Assembly: GCA_023213395.1 (NCBI GenBank)
Contig: CM041465.1
Coordinates: forward strand, 31,255,741 to 31,319,740
Direction: 5' to 3'
DNA length: 64,000 nucleotides
Source of the DNA: Cycas panzhihuaensis
Lineage: Eukaryota; Plantae; Cycadophyta
Shown: in pieces, positions 1 to 12,925 of the stretch
Numbering within the stretch: the stretch's first letter is position 1
Layout: each line of letters starts with the position of its first letter
Notes under the pieces: generated by a model
The model's input: only the letters and a program-made list of their open reading frames with translations
Told to the model about the DNA's origin: nothing
Databases searched by the model: none
Made by a program: the position numbers and the translations under genes

Positions 1-1428
1 ACATATTTTCATTATATTTCTGACTATATTTTTCAAGATTGTTACAGATCTATAGGTTTTGGCATATTCAATGACAAATCGTTTCCAGTTGCTCATAAGG
101 GTTAACTGCTACAAGTCTGCAAATCACTTACCGGGTTCTTTGAGAGTTTTTCAAATATATACATATATTTCATATATATTTGATGCATTTTCGTGGATAT
201 ATTTACACATCCCTTTTTTGTGAATATACTCAAAATTTAGTTTATTTGGGATATCCGAGTGAGTAATGAATATACAAATATACATATATTTCTTATGTGT
301 TTGTTACTACTTTCTTAATAAGCTTTGGAATCATTCTTTGTATTTATGTCCTCTCAAAGCATTCTCTGTTTGTGTGGTCTTCCATTTGTAGCATTCCTTT
401 ATCGCATAATCTTTCGTGTTTGACTTGTTATGTTTACCTGCATACCTTTGATTCCTTAAGAACTTTTTCTTTAGCTCTCTGTTTGTTCCATCTTTCGTCC
501 CATAGATTGATACTCTCACAGATGTAAAGCATATTTTTCCTTCACTTGTAAAGCATATGAATAGAAACCAAAGATAAAGGCAGATCAAACAAGAGATAAA
601 TCGAAAGCAAACATCCCATTTGATATCTCGTCAATCAGTGAATGTAGAGAGCCTTGACAAAGTATATTTATTTTTTAAAAGTTAACATATTGTACATGAT
701 ATTTGGTAACTGTTAATACAATCATCAGTTGTTCACATTCATCCAAAATTTTCAATCTCTTTCACAACTACAAACTTGAACTACAAACTTGCGGATCTCA
801 CTTGGACAGCTTCCCTTTGCTTCACTCTGAAGCTATTTAATATTATTCCTCTGTGACCAACTAAGATTTTATAAGTTTTATTCAACAAAGATACTATAAT
901 CCCCATTTCTTGTAGTACCCCTAAAATTCATAAGCGATTAGCGGCATGTCTTGATGCAAAGACAAGACCATCATCGCATTCCTTCAAGTCTTGCTTGCAA
1001 GTCTTGCGTAGCTCTCGTGAAATCATCCAATTGAGGCACAGTCGATTGTTGTTGTCCTTGTTAGATGCTACATCTACCGCTTAGCTACTTAGCTACCGTC
1101 GGCCCCGATTGATTCGAGCTTGCATCTTCGATTGTGGTGTCTTTAGCCATTTGGTATCATTCAAATACACCCTTCACTTCTTGTACAATAGTGGCACGGC
1201 GATTCCACTGTACACTTCATGCACAACATTTATATCATTTGTTGTTAATCATTATGCACCAAGCAATCATAAGACTTGAAAGTTAATCCCATCATTTGGT
1301 GTGCTTGAACATTAGGATCCCCATTATAGTCTATCATAGAGCAACGGTCAATATTTGATACAGATAAAAACCTTCTTTGTAACATTGAAGGAAAGAAAAA
1401 AATCCCTTTTCTCTGCAATCGACTTTAC

Positions 1429-1620
1429 ATTCCGGTCAATCGCCTTCCTTCTTGGCTTTCATCCCGGCAACTACACCGCCACGCAGGATCCAAAACAAAC
1501 TTAGGAGGACATCGCCAGGTTGCCTGTTGAATAATAGAGTCTTTTTCCTGTATACATTGCTTCATAGAATTTGTTACAAATCCTGGAGGTAAATCACCTT
1601 CTATTCCAGAATCTTCTGCA
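1429..1620 (-). pseudogene. Captured exon-like fragment resembling plant CCCH zinc-finger protein 6 (C3H6-type) N-terminal region
   Basis: Translates GDLPPGFV..QATWRCPPKFVLDPAWR, then via a compensating +1/-1 frameshift VVAGDESQE. This matches the recalled family motif DDLPPGF..I.WKCPP.FVLD..W.VVAGEESKE. It ends at a GT (GTAAAG) donor-like site. Confidence 0.7.
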
Positions 1621-1769
1621 TGCCACAACCAAATCTCTTTACTTGCAGCTGATCTTGAACACCCAATCCAGGCGTGTGCCGTTCCACGTGGTGCGTGGCC
1701 GTCCCGCTTCTCTATGTCGTCCGTCCGGTTCTGCCCACTATACTCGTTGGGTCTACTCAGGTCTTCGTC

Positions 1770-2010
1770 TTTATTGCGAGGGCCTTTGCGATCTTGTTCG
1801 CCCTGACCATTAGGCTCTTCTTCACGCGCGAGCTTCTTCTATCTCGGGTTGCTCATAGCCCATCCAGCCCGTTGTGGCTTCTATTATGCGAGGCCTTTGC
1901 GGTGCCGTTCGCCCCTGCGACCATTAGGCTCTTCTTCCCGCCTTGAGCTTCTTCCCGTCTCGGGTTGCTCGCCCATGCCCATCCGGCCGTTGCGGCTTCC
2001 ATTATGCGGC
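1770..2010. repeat. GC-rich tandem duplication, ~113-bp unit x2
   Basis: The block tgcgagg(g)cctttgcg..gaccattaggctcttctt..gagcttctt..tctcgggttgctc..cccatcc..gttg.ggctt..attatgcg occurs twice in succession. Confidence 0.85.
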
Positions 2011-2110
2011 GCCTTGGTTTAGTGCGGTCATTGCCTTCATTGGTGTGCAGTCGGCTGCCCGTTTCCGTTTGGTGCAGTCCATTGCGGCTGCTTTCATTGG
2101 CGTGCAGTGG

Positions 2111-2380
2111 GCTGCCCATATATTATATATTATTTGGTTGTTCAACGCTGCCCATATATTATATATTATTTGGTTGTTCAACGCTGCCCATATATTATAT
2201 ATTATTTAGTTGTTCAACGTTTTCTGACAGCGTTTGCATTGGATACATCATCTGCGTCTATTCGGTTGAATATTATTGTGCATTGGATCTGACGTTTGCA
2301 TTGGATACATCATCTGCGTCTATTCTGTTGAATATTATTGCCCATTCCATCTTCACGTTTGCGTTTGCATTGGATACAGC
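2111..2380. repeat. Tandem repeats: 36-bp unit x3 (2111-2218), then ~62-bp unit x2+ (2231-2380)
   Basis: gctgcccatatattatatattatttggttgttcaac at 2111, 2147 and 2183; cgtttgcattggatacatcatctgcgtctatt at 2231 and 2293, partial at ~2362. Confidence 0.92.
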
Positions 2381-3715
2381 ATAGCTATTGATATTTGTAA
2401 GTATTTATATTTGTTTTTGTTAATTTTAGCAGCCGTCGTTGTTAATTTTAGCAGCCGCCCTTGTTACCATTGTCATTAATTTTTGGCACCCATTTTTCTC
2501 TGATTTTTAATATAAGGTTTTTAAACAAAAAAATAAAATTTATTGCATAATTTTTCAAATCTGGGGTTTAGAGGGTTTAATCCCCTTTCCGTTTTAGCCC
2601 CCAGTCTCATTTAGCCATCACGTGACTGCTAGTCACTTTCAAAAGGTTTTTTAAACGTTTTTTATTTTTATTTTTTTTAAATTTTCATTTTACATAGGGT
2701 TATTAGCGCATTTTTGGCCATAACTTCCCCCTGGCTCATCGGTTTCAGACGAAACCTGCGCCATCAGATCAGAAATTTTCCGTAGATCAATTTCGACTGG
2801 TCATAAGACCGATTTGGTGCCCATTTGACCTCGTTTCACCCCTCTTAACATTGGACTTTCGAAATTTCAGCAGTTTTTACATTTTTGATAAAATCGGTTT
2901 TAGAACTGGCTGCTATTTATTGTTGGTAAACTGTTTTGTATCCGAATTTTTCTTTTATGATCTACGTCATATAGACTCTAATACCCATCTTTTACTTTAA
3001 TTTTTTGACTTCATTTTTACTAATATTTTAATCGTTAAAATAAGAAAATTAGTTGTTTTCCATTGCTTGAACATTCTCCATAAAGATACTTGTCACCTTT
3101 TTCACTATATCTTTTGCAATTTTTATCAGATTTCATTTCCGTCAGCTTCGTTGGAAAGCTGACTCATTTCTCTTCACTGTGATATATTTTTTCATATATT
3201 TTGACATATTTTGCTTATATTTCAAATCAGCTAAAGTTGAAGCATTTTATTGGCCTAAATCTGCTTTTTTTTACATCTGGTTAATATATTCTTTCAAATT
3301 TTTTCAATTGGCAGAATATTAATTACTTCATCAATAATATTTGATCATTTTTCTCAACTTTTCTAAGGATTAATTAATACTTTTATGCAGTTTTTGCCTA
3401 CCCTGCTCCTGTTAGGCTCCATAAGGAGGTCCTTTTCTTAGCATCATTCAAAACGTGACTTATTGGTATCATTTTTCAAAACCGTCTATCTTATTGGATT
3501 CACATTTCAGCAATCTACATATTGATAAAATTTTAAGCTATTCTGACCTCTTTCAATATAGTTTTCAATCTGTTAAAGTTGAGTATATATATTCATCCTA
3601 ACAAGCTTGTCTTCGTTCAAAATTTTAAAGAAAATTCTAGTTTCTATCTCATTGTTTATTCAAGATTTCTACTTGATCTTATCATCATTTTCTTATTGAT
3701 TAAATTACTTTCAAA

Positions 3716-4400
3716 ATGGCACAATTCCCCATTTTCAATGGCCATAACTATTCACTATGGTATGATACTATGCACACTTACTTTATTGAACGTGATCTTT
3801 TGAAGTATTTACAACATGAATGTGACCTTAGCCTTAAAGAAAATTTTAGAAAAGATAATGAAGTGTTAGGTTTATTATTTTGCACTATGTGATGATGTCT
3901 TTTCACTAGTTTACGAATTAACAACATCTAAGTCTGTTTGGGATTTATTGATTTCTATTTATGGGGAGATATCCCCTTGTATTTGATGAAACTTTTGATG
4001 AGCATGTGAGGCGGTGTGAGCAGGTAGATCATGATGGCAATACCAATGAAGATTCGGATCAAATGCGGGACCACCTTGTTGCACAAGGGTTTGATCCTCC
4101 ATTTGAGGGGAGCATCATGAAGGCGAATCTTATGACATAACGAAGAATGAACCTGGTGATATGACAACTGTTCAAAGCATAAGGAGTACAAAAGTTCAAG
4201 TCCAAATTACAATTTATTCATCTACTTTTGCATCAAGTTTCATCTACTATAGTCTTCCTACATCATTCTATAATAAAGAGATATATGTGACTATAAGGAT
4301 GAGAAGCATTGACAAAGATCAAGATTGGAATTTCAAAGTTTTTCAAGTACCGGCCCACAAGTTTAAGGAAAAGATACAAGTGTTCGTCTTGACATTAAGG
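3716..4400 (+). pseudogene. gag: Degenerate Copia-type gag of element A
   Basis: MAQFPIFNGHNYSLWYDTMHTYFIERDL..KENFRKDNEVLGLL..ELTTSKSVWDLLISIY (DUF4219/Retrotran_gag_2-like), with stops and a frameshift. Homologous to 52720-53400. Confidence 0.8.
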
Positions 4401-4406
4401 GGAGAA

Positions 4407-4809
4407 TGTTGGGTGTAATGTCATCACTCAACTCCCTCTTACCTACCGAGGATTGTGCACCTCAATTTAGACATGTGATGCTCAACATGTCAAGGTAAGT
4501 TAAGGTAAGTTGAGTTAGTTTCATTTGAGTTAAGTTAGTATTATTTTATTATTAATTTGAATTGAGGGGTTGAGGAGTTTCCTCCTCCCCAAACTATAAA
4601 TGTTAAGGGGTGTACAACCACGTGTCTTTAGACACCACCTACTTTGAGGAAGATTTGGAATACTCATTCTACTACAATGGATTGAACAACAAGGCTCTCA
4701 TGTGTTTATGCTATTGTAATGGTGATACACTGCTGTATTGATGCAATACCAGTTTATACTTATTTGATATATGTTCTAACCTGTTAGTTTGCAAGCATAT
4801 TTTCCTACA
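4407..4809 (+). repeat. 3' LTR of element A
   Basis: TG..CA ends, preceded by a PPT. Shares ggggttgaggagtttcctcctcccc aaactata with the family LTRs. Confidence 0.85.
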
Positions 4810-4879
4810 GATGCCTTTTAATATATATCTTAACGTAGTAAAAGCTATGTTGTATTCTTCTATAGATCTAGTTTGTTTT

Positions 4880-5640
4880 AACTTTTACAAATCACAATAG
4901 TAATCACACTTGGTTACTGTTTCAAATCCTTCAATGAATAAATAGACAATTTCTTTTTAGGTTGGCAATTGATTCTAAAATTCAAGACATTCTAAACATT
5001 GCCACTATTCACATACTATTTTGTCTATGTATAGGGTAGCCAAAGAAACTTGTTTTGCTAGCTCAATTTCAACTAGATGAAAATATTTTTCCATCTGATA
5101 AATCCATACTCTTGGTTTGTGTGATTTTTTCTCAATATTAAAATGTTGTATCACAATATTTTCTAATCTTTTCTTTTTTTGTGACTATGCAGTTTGTAAG
5201 CAATTAAAATATGTTTAAAAACTCATTATCTTCTATTATTTAGGAGTTATATTTTGGTAGTTATTAATATAATTTTTGATAGATTTATTTTCAAGATTAA
5301 CTTTAGTTGTCTGAGGACTTGAATGATTCTTTGTGGATTAGGTTCTAGCATATGATTGATGACTAACTTTTTTATCTTTAGAGTCATGAATAATCATGTT
5401 TACTTTTCTACCTGCTACCATGATTTTTAATTTGTCTAAAATCTGATGTAGAGCATGATTTAAGAGAGCATTCAATGTCTGAACTATTTCATAGACTATT
5501 TGTATAATAGGTTCAACAATATCATTTTGGACTAAGTTGTCTATTGTATCTTCAATGTTCATCACCTTAATAGTAGTATTATAGGTATGATTCCACCAAT
5601 TTGTTTTCATAATTGATAGATTATTGGCTGTCAGATTGTA
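4880..5640 (-). pseudogene. gag: Ty3/Gypsy gag remnant
   Basis: Minus strand reads PRVWIYQMEKYFHLVEIELAKQVSLATLYIDKIVCE*WQ, a Retrotrans_gag-like pattern. It may belong to the PBS/LTR at 13337-13600, with the LINE inserted in its leader. Confidence 0.65.
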
Positions 5641-5900
5641 ATTGAAAGTAACTATAAAGTTGATGTTAATTAGTCAATAATAACCCTTTCTTTAACTGAT
5701 GATATAACTAATCTTTAAATGAATGTACAAAAGTACTTATAAATTAATAATCAAAATATTAATTTGACTATGTGATAATATATAAAATTGATAACTTATT
5801 AAATACAAATAAATATCGATAATTACATGCTATATTTAACTTTTTAAAGGTGGCGGTGAATAAACTAAAAATATAACTTATTTGAATAACTTCATAATGA

Positions 5901-5901
<1 letters not shown>

Positions 5902-5965
<64 letters not shown>
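5902..5965. repeat. (TA)n microsatellite
   Basis: Pure TA run. Confidence 0.98.
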
Positions 5966-5967
<2 letters not shown>

Positions 5968-7342
5968 GATACAAATAAAATATGTTATATATATTATTTA
6001 TATAATATTGATATATTCATAAAATATTAACTATTAACAATTTGTGTGATGTAGTATAATATTATTTGTTATAACTAAAAGTAATAAAGATAATTATAAT
6101 ATGATATAAAATAATATATGTCTTTATATTAGGTGACTTAATGTTATTGTGAGAAAGTATAATGTAAAAAATATAGTATGTAATACTATATATAATACTA
6201 AGGCAACTAATGATAGGTAAATAGACATAAATCATAGATGCAAAAAGATAGACCAAGACAATGGAAGGAAAGAGCGATGTTGCAATGATGGTCGTTTGAA
6301 AGCAAGGAAGGAGGACATATTAGACAAGGGACAAATGACGTGGGCAAAAACAAACAATAGGCAGGAATGAATGGAGGACAAACAAGGGCACAAACATACG
6401 GCAAAGGGTGCAGATCACAAGGGAAGATGGCCAGACATGGAAGCAGGGTGAAGGGCATGGACCATAAGGGAAGATGACTAGAGGATGGAACCATAAGGCC
6501 AGACATTTAATTTGTATAAATAAGTATTAATTATGAAGTATTCCAGGCAACATGTAGGTCACCCATAGTAATGATCTAAATGCTACAAATTTGTTAAGTG
6601 GTGTGGCACTTTCAAACTTGATTTGGTTCTGAATTCTTTTAGATTTTTTGTGGATTTGGGTAGTATTTATTCCATAATAATATAGATAGATGATGATAAT
6701 GTATACATTATGGTCAATAATTTAATTATAGGTAAATATACACTAGAAATAATTTACACAGGTTTATGGCTTATTTATTATAGTACAATGCAACTTGCTT
6801 TAATATATGCAATGTTGAATTACTTATTACACTATGGTATACCAATGGTAAAGTAAGTTTATTTTAATGATTTGTATTATTTAGCCAATAATTATGTTGC
6901 AAGCATAATTTATATAATATTATTTCAAGGAAGTGATGTCGCATTCACATAGGGCCCGGTGTAAGTGCTATGCGGTTTTGGAACATGCAGCGACCCCTTC
7001 AAGGCATGCTCGGAGCGACAGTCCATGGCATAAAAGCCTAAATCCTCTTGGGCATCTGTGTTGGCTCGATTCACTCTGGAGGCTTGTGATTAATACGGAG
7101 ATAGAAGGAAGGCGACCTGGGTTAGGCGCTGACTCCAGCCTGAGGACGATTTTTTTCTTGGGGAAGGCCAAGCGATTAGGGCGCCAGAAGCTATGTGAGG
7201 AAGGCGGCTCTTCAGTGGAGCCTCCAGTCTTCAGAGCCTTGTGTGGCTCAGAGGTATGGAACGCAGAGGTTATCTTTGAGCAGTTTCCAGCTATGGTATG
7301 CATACGCTCTGTCAGTTTTATGCTGTTTTTTAAATTGAAACC

Positions 7343-8757
7343 ATGATAATGGACCATATCCTTCAAAACCAGACCCAGACCATTATCCCGTCTCCCGGGA
7401 AATCCTATCGAGATGTGTTGCAATCAAATGAACAGGAAACCTTTGATCTAATCCCTGAGGTTATTGATAATAAAGTCAGACTGAAAATACCCCCAGCTCT
7501 TGATGAAAGAACTGAGAAACTCTGGGAGAACTGCTTAGTTGGCAAGTTCTTGGGCCCTAGGCCAGGCCTGGACCCCATCAGAAGCTGGACGAGATCCAAA
7601 TAGAAAATGACTGGAAGTGTGGAAGTTATAGCCATGCCCAAGGGCTGTGTGTTATTCAAGTTCTTCTCCTTCGAGGACATGTCCAGTATTTTGCTCAGGG
7701 CGCCTTAGATGTTTGGCAGGAAAGCCTTGTCACTGGAGAAATGGCACAGGGACTTTAATCCCTCCACCCCCAAAATCAAACAAACCCCCTTATGGATCCA
7801 GCTCCTGGGTCTTCCATTGCATCATTGGAACACAGAAGTTTTCAGGGGTATAGCCAAGGTGGTGGGTCCCCTTCTAGCTGTTGATTCTGCGACAAAGAAC
7901 AGGAATAGGCTCATTAACACCAAGATCTGTGCTCTAGCATGGCTCAACAAGCCCCTCTTGGATGACATCTGGATAGAGCTGCCAGAAGGGTCCTAGGTGT
8001 ACCATTGATTTATGAAATGGATCACATAAGGTGCTCCACCTGCAGAATATTGGGCCACTTGCCCCAAAAATGCCCAGGCATTCAACCTCCTACGGTGGAG
8101 ACCGGTAAGGCCTCCCCAGAACCAAATGCCCAGGACAAGAAGGATGAAACTCAAGAGGCGGCTCCAGAATGTGAAGGTCACACAGGGTTAGGTGTGACCC
8201 AAGTTGGGGATGTGGGGTTTGACCCTAATGAAGATGATATGCTCCTTGAGGAAGGAGAGCCAGCGGTGCAGACTTCTGTAGCTCTGAGCAGCCAGGTTAG
8301 CGAGGATTGCTTAGGGGCTTCTTCCCCTACTAGGATCACTCCAAAGACTCTAACCACCCTTCCTGAACTACTTCAGGTGAGTGATAAGAAAGATGAGGGT
8401 AGGGTAGGCCTGCCCTCTGCTGAGGAGGCTACTATTGCTCCTAGCGAACTGTTGCCCCAGGGGCAGAGGGAAATAGAGCCAACTCCCTTAGGAGAGGTTT
8501 TAGGGGAGCCAGATCCAGCACCAACTCCTCAACCAGCTTTGAAAAAGCTCTCGGATGTGGGTGCTGAAAGGAAAGTTGGGAGGCCGCCACTAAAGCTCCT
8601 AAGGGAGAAAGAAACGGCTACCCAAGTAGATCAAGGTAGCCAGAAAACCTTAAAGGAGACGTTTTTGGAAGGGCCTACCCTTAGATCCAGCACTGCGGGC
8701 AAGGAGCCTCCCAAAGGAGAGCCTGCGGAAGTATGGAAGCAAAGGAAAAAGAGATGA
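7343..8757 (+). pseudogene. LINE ORF1 (DUF4283 + CX2CX4HX4C zinc knuckle)
   Basis: LWENCLVGKFLG, PLWIQLLGLPLHHW and CSTCRILGHLPQKC. TAG stops at 7601, ~7706 and 7994; frameshift near 8000. Confidence 0.9.
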
Positions 8758-11700
8758 AACTTTTATGTTGGAATATTAGAGGTCTCAATGCCCCCTCGAA
8801 GCAGAGAATATTAAAGGATATGCGAAATAAATATCTTCCGGACCTAATATTCTTGCAGGAAACTAAAATGAATAAGGAGAATGGCCAAAGGGCCATAAAC
8901 AAAATTTGGAAATCGGCTGAAAATATTGAGGTTGAATACGCTCAAGGAGTGGGGGGTCTAATGGTACTATGGGACCCATCGACTTGGTTGGCAGAACTTG
9001 TTATAGCTGAAGGATCTTTTATTTCGATCTGGTTAACCAATAGAAGCAACAATCTTTTGTGGATAGCAACAAATGTTTATGCTCCAAATAATCAGGAGGC
9101 TAGGAAGAAGCTCTGGTATAGGATGATGGAGGCACTCAGGGACTACCAACAACCTTGGTTATTGGCGGGAGATTTTAATTCGGCCCTGTCCCCGGGCGAT
9201 AAGAGAGGGGGCTCTGGTGGATGGACTAGTAGTATGGGCGAATTCAGTGATTTCCTCCAATAGGAGGGCCTGGAGGATGTTAAGCTCAGAGGGGCTTCGT
9301 TCACCTAGTCAAACAAGAGGCTGGGGAATCACCTTATCCAAATTAAGTTGGACAGGGTGTTGGTTAATTATGATTGGCTGAGGAACTTTAGTGATCTCAC
9401 TCTGGAGGCGTTACCAAGAATGAACTCAGATCATTCCCCTCTCCTGCTTCAATTTGCGGCTCTAGGCAATTGCATGGGCTCTCCTTTCAGGTTCGAGCTT
9501 ATGTGGATGCGGCACCCCGATCTTCGGATCAGGATCGAGGAATGGTGGCAGATTCAGATTAAAGGTCATGTTATGTATAGATTTTCGAAAAAGCTCGACT
9601 GGATCAAGAGACAAATTAAGGCTTGGAATAAGGAGGTATTCCAAAATATCAATAAGCAGAAAGATAATATTACAAATGACCTTAAGACTATAGAGGATAG
9701 GATCGAAAGCACTGGCAGATCTCCAGAGATAGATAAGACCGAAAAGGAGCTGGTCGAGAAGCTAGATGAGATTCTCATTACAGAAGAAATTCTCTGGAGG
9801 TAGAAATCCAGGGCTCTCTGGCTGGCAGAGGGGGATAGGAACACAAAATTCTTCCATATGACCATAATGAAGCATATAGCAAACAATAAAATTTCCCACC
9901 TCCAAAAGGAAGATGGTTCAGTCGTTAGCTCTATGGAGGATATGAAGGATCTCGCCAGTACTTACTTCAAGGACCTATTTTTGGTCCCCCAGGAAAGGGA
10001 CATGGACAACAGGAAAGACTTCCTGAACAATATTCCTAGATTGGTGACTGAAACTCAAAATGCCCAGCTGACTGCCCCGTTCACCATCGAAGAGGTCAGG
10101 GCAGCCCTCTTCAGCATGAAGAAGGATAAAGCTCCTGGGCCAGATGGTTTCCCTCCGGGCTTCTTCCAAGAATATTGGGATATCATAAAGGAAGACCTTA
10201 TGATGGCCTTGCAGGAGTTCTACACAAACAAAAAGATGCTGCAGGAATGGCAGGCTACATTCCTCATCCTAATCCCAAAGAAAGATGGAGCGAAAAGGAT
10301 GGAAGAGTTCCGTCCTATCAGCCTCTGCAATGTCAAATATAAGATATTCACCAAGGTCCTAGTCAACAGGCTGAAGAATATTATGCCAAATATTATCTCT
10401 CATAACCAAGATGGTTTCCTTCGTGGTAGGCATATATATGATGGTTATATTATTGTCCATGAAACCATTCACTCGGCTGCCGAAAGGAAAGAGCCAGCGA
10501 TGCTTATCAAAATCGATCTCACGAAAGCCTTCGATAGGGTCTCCTGGGATTGTTCTTTGGATTTGGAGGCCTTTGGCTTCGGGGAGTTATGGCAAACTTG
10601 GATCAATTTGTGCATTGGAAAGCTGCAATTCTCTGTCATCATCAATGGGTCATCGTCAAGATTCTTCCCCAGTTTTTGGAGTTTGAGGCAAGGCGACCCC
10701 CTGTCCCCCTTTTTATTCATTACGATGGCTGAGATGTTGGGCAGAACCCTAGAGGCTGCCAGGAGACTGGGCTCTCTTATTGGTATAAAAGCAACGTCAG
10801 GGATGGACAATGTGGTTCACCATCAATTCGTTGACGACAACATCCTCCTGGGGAAGGCGACTGTTAGAGAGGTTGCCAGATTTAAAGATATTCTGGGGCA
10901 ATTTAAAAAGGCCTCGAACCAGAAGGTTAGTCTCAAGAAGAGCAGCGTCTTCTTCCTTAATACCTAGGTCATATCCAAGGTAGGATCAGCAGAACCTTAG
11001 GCATGGATATAAAAAAGCTTCCCATAATTTACCTGGGTTTGCCCCTATTTGTTGGCAAGATGTCCAAAGATATGTGGAATCCTCTCTTAGATAGAATTCA
11101 AAGGAAGCTTGCAGGCTGGAAAGGTGCCCTACTGAGTTCAGTTGGTAAACTTTAGCTAGTTGCCTCTACACTCCAGAGTATTCCTGTGTTTTGGATGTCC
11201 ATCTTTAGGGTCCCACCGGGCATATCAGATACTATCGAATCTATCCAGAAAAGAGTCCTCTAGTCTGGAACAGAATGCAGAGACAGGATTCACTTGGTGA
11301 GTTGGAGCAAAGTTTGCTCTCTGAAATGGGCCAGGGGCCTAAATTTGTGGAGGATCTCACTATTCAATATCGCCCTTGGGGCTAAGCTCGGTTAGAGATT
11401 GTTCAAAGGAGGAGAGAGACCTTGGGAAAAGATTCTCTCTAGGAAATATATCCAGGGGGGCTCGCTGTTGGACTGTAGTGTCTCGTTGGCTGGCTCTGCA
11501 GTCTGGAGAAGCATCCTCAAAGCTTGGGCCACTATAAAGGATGGGCTTAAATGGAGATTGGGCGATGGAAACCTCATAAGATTCTGGGATGATGTGTGGT
11601 GTTACGACAAGGCCCTGAAGGGGTTCCCTGACTTGGTGCCTCTGATGGCTCCTTGTGTCAGGCTTTTCGGTAAGCTGGTCAAAGACTACTGGTCTAAGAG

Positions 11701-12925
11701 AAGTGGCAACAGGGCCTGGAGGAATTTTGAAGAATTTCAAGGGATAGGCTATCTGCAGGAGGGTCTCAATAAGATCAAAAGGATCCTCAGCAAGAGTTAT
11801 ATCCCCAGATCCCCGATGCAGGACTCGATGGTGTGGCCATTTAGCTCATCCGGGGAATACACTGTTAAGCAGGGCTACCAATTCCTTTGTCGTACAAGGG
11901 GGGATTTGAAAAACCCTATGCTGGAAGGCGTTTGGAGGCTTCCCATCATTCCAAAAATAGCTCTCTTTTGGTGGACCTGCCTCTGGTGCAAAATCCTCAC
12001 TGTGGACAACCTGAAGAGGCATGGATTCCTTATGGTGAATAGGTGTGTCCTATGCTGTAACGAGGAGGAATCCATCGACCACATCTTCCTTGAGTGCTCA
12101 TTCACAAGGGAGGTCTGGAGGTTGTTGCTCGGTAAGCTGGAAGTGTATTGGATCTTCTCGTATAAGATCTCCGACCTGTGGCTGGCATGGTAAAGCCCTT
12201 TCAAAAGTTTTACGCTTACCCGCATCTGGAAAAATACTCTCCCGATTTTGGCTTGGAACATCTGGAAAGAGAGGAACAGAAGGACTTTCCAAGGTAAAGA
12301 GTTGGATCATATGGGAGTCTTTAGCAGAGTCTGCTCGGACATCAAGGAGAGTGCTGGCAACGCCAAAGAGAAACGTATAACCCCGTCAGAAAATAGGATT
12401 CTCCTCAAATGGGGTATAGATCCAGAATTTACAGTATCTAAATCCCGAAGCACTAGATGGATTCCTCCGATAGAGCCATGGTTCAAAATCAATTTCGACG
12501 GGGCGGCAAAAGGAAACCTTGGGGAAGCTGGAGGTGGGGGGACTTGCAGGTACTGGAATGGCACCCTCATTTGGGCCTTTGCGGACTATTATGGTTCCCA
12601 AACCAATAACTATGCAGAAATGCATGCTATGATCAAAGCCCTTGACCTTGCCGTGAGGGGTCTCTGAGATTGGTGATTGAGAGGGACTCAGAGGTTGTCT
12701 TGAACTCGCTGAAAGGGGTGGCCTGAGGTTATGATTAATGATGCCAAAGACACTATTCAGGGCCTGTTGGAAGCTTGTATTAGACACACCCTAAGAGAAG
12801 GGAATAAAGCAGTAGATTTCTTAGCTAACTGGGGGGTGAAAAACAAGAGAGGGCAAGTGTGGAGAAGTGATTTCCCTGGAGACCTTCTGACTCTGGTAGA
12901 GAAGGATATGATTTGCAATAGCTAG
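8754..12925 (+). pseudogene. LINE ORF2: AP endonuclease, reverse transcriptase, zf-RVT, RNase H
   Basis: MKLLCWNIRGLN, LQETK, GDFN, SDHSP; KAPGPDGF, FRPISLCN, KIDLTKAFDRV, LRQGDPLSP, QFVDD, YLGLPL; CVLC..EESIDHIFLEC; WFKINFDGAAKGN..HTLREGNKAVDFLA. The ATG overlaps the ORF1 TGA (ATGA). Several stops and frameshifts. Confidence 0.95.

Larger units (their letters stand above)
1..4809 (+). mobile_element. Gag-only (TR-GAG-like) Copia-derived non-autonomous LTR element 'A'; 5' LTR lies upstream of the window
   Basis: PPT (ttaaggggagaa, ~4395-4406) is followed by LTR 4407-4809 (TGTTGGG..TCCTACA), the reverse-complement homolog of LTRs 36447-36854, 52370-52700 and 62263-62592. A Copia gag N-terminus starts at 3716 and there is no pol before the PPT. 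Bases ~140-190 resemble the PBS-proximal leader of the related copy at ~32610-32665 (reverse complement). Confidence 0.75.

Noticed and set aside
70-116. Myosin-like LVAVNPYEQL on the minus strand
   Set aside because: Only ~10 residues, flanks do not match the myosin motor, and another frame is equally plausible.
2111-2380. CRISPR-like array
   Set aside because: Head-to-tail tandem units without unique spacers; eukaryotic context with no cas genes.
6560-6935. PIF/Harbinger transposase-like words (DFLWIWVVF; VASII.YNII)
   Set aside because: Too short and degenerate; no terminal inverted repeats or TAA/TTA TSD found.
6968-7423. 151-aa antisense ORF at the LINE 5' end (ORF0-like)
   Set aside because: Begins at a non-ATG codon, has no recognisable motif, and its length is unremarkable in GC-richer sequence.
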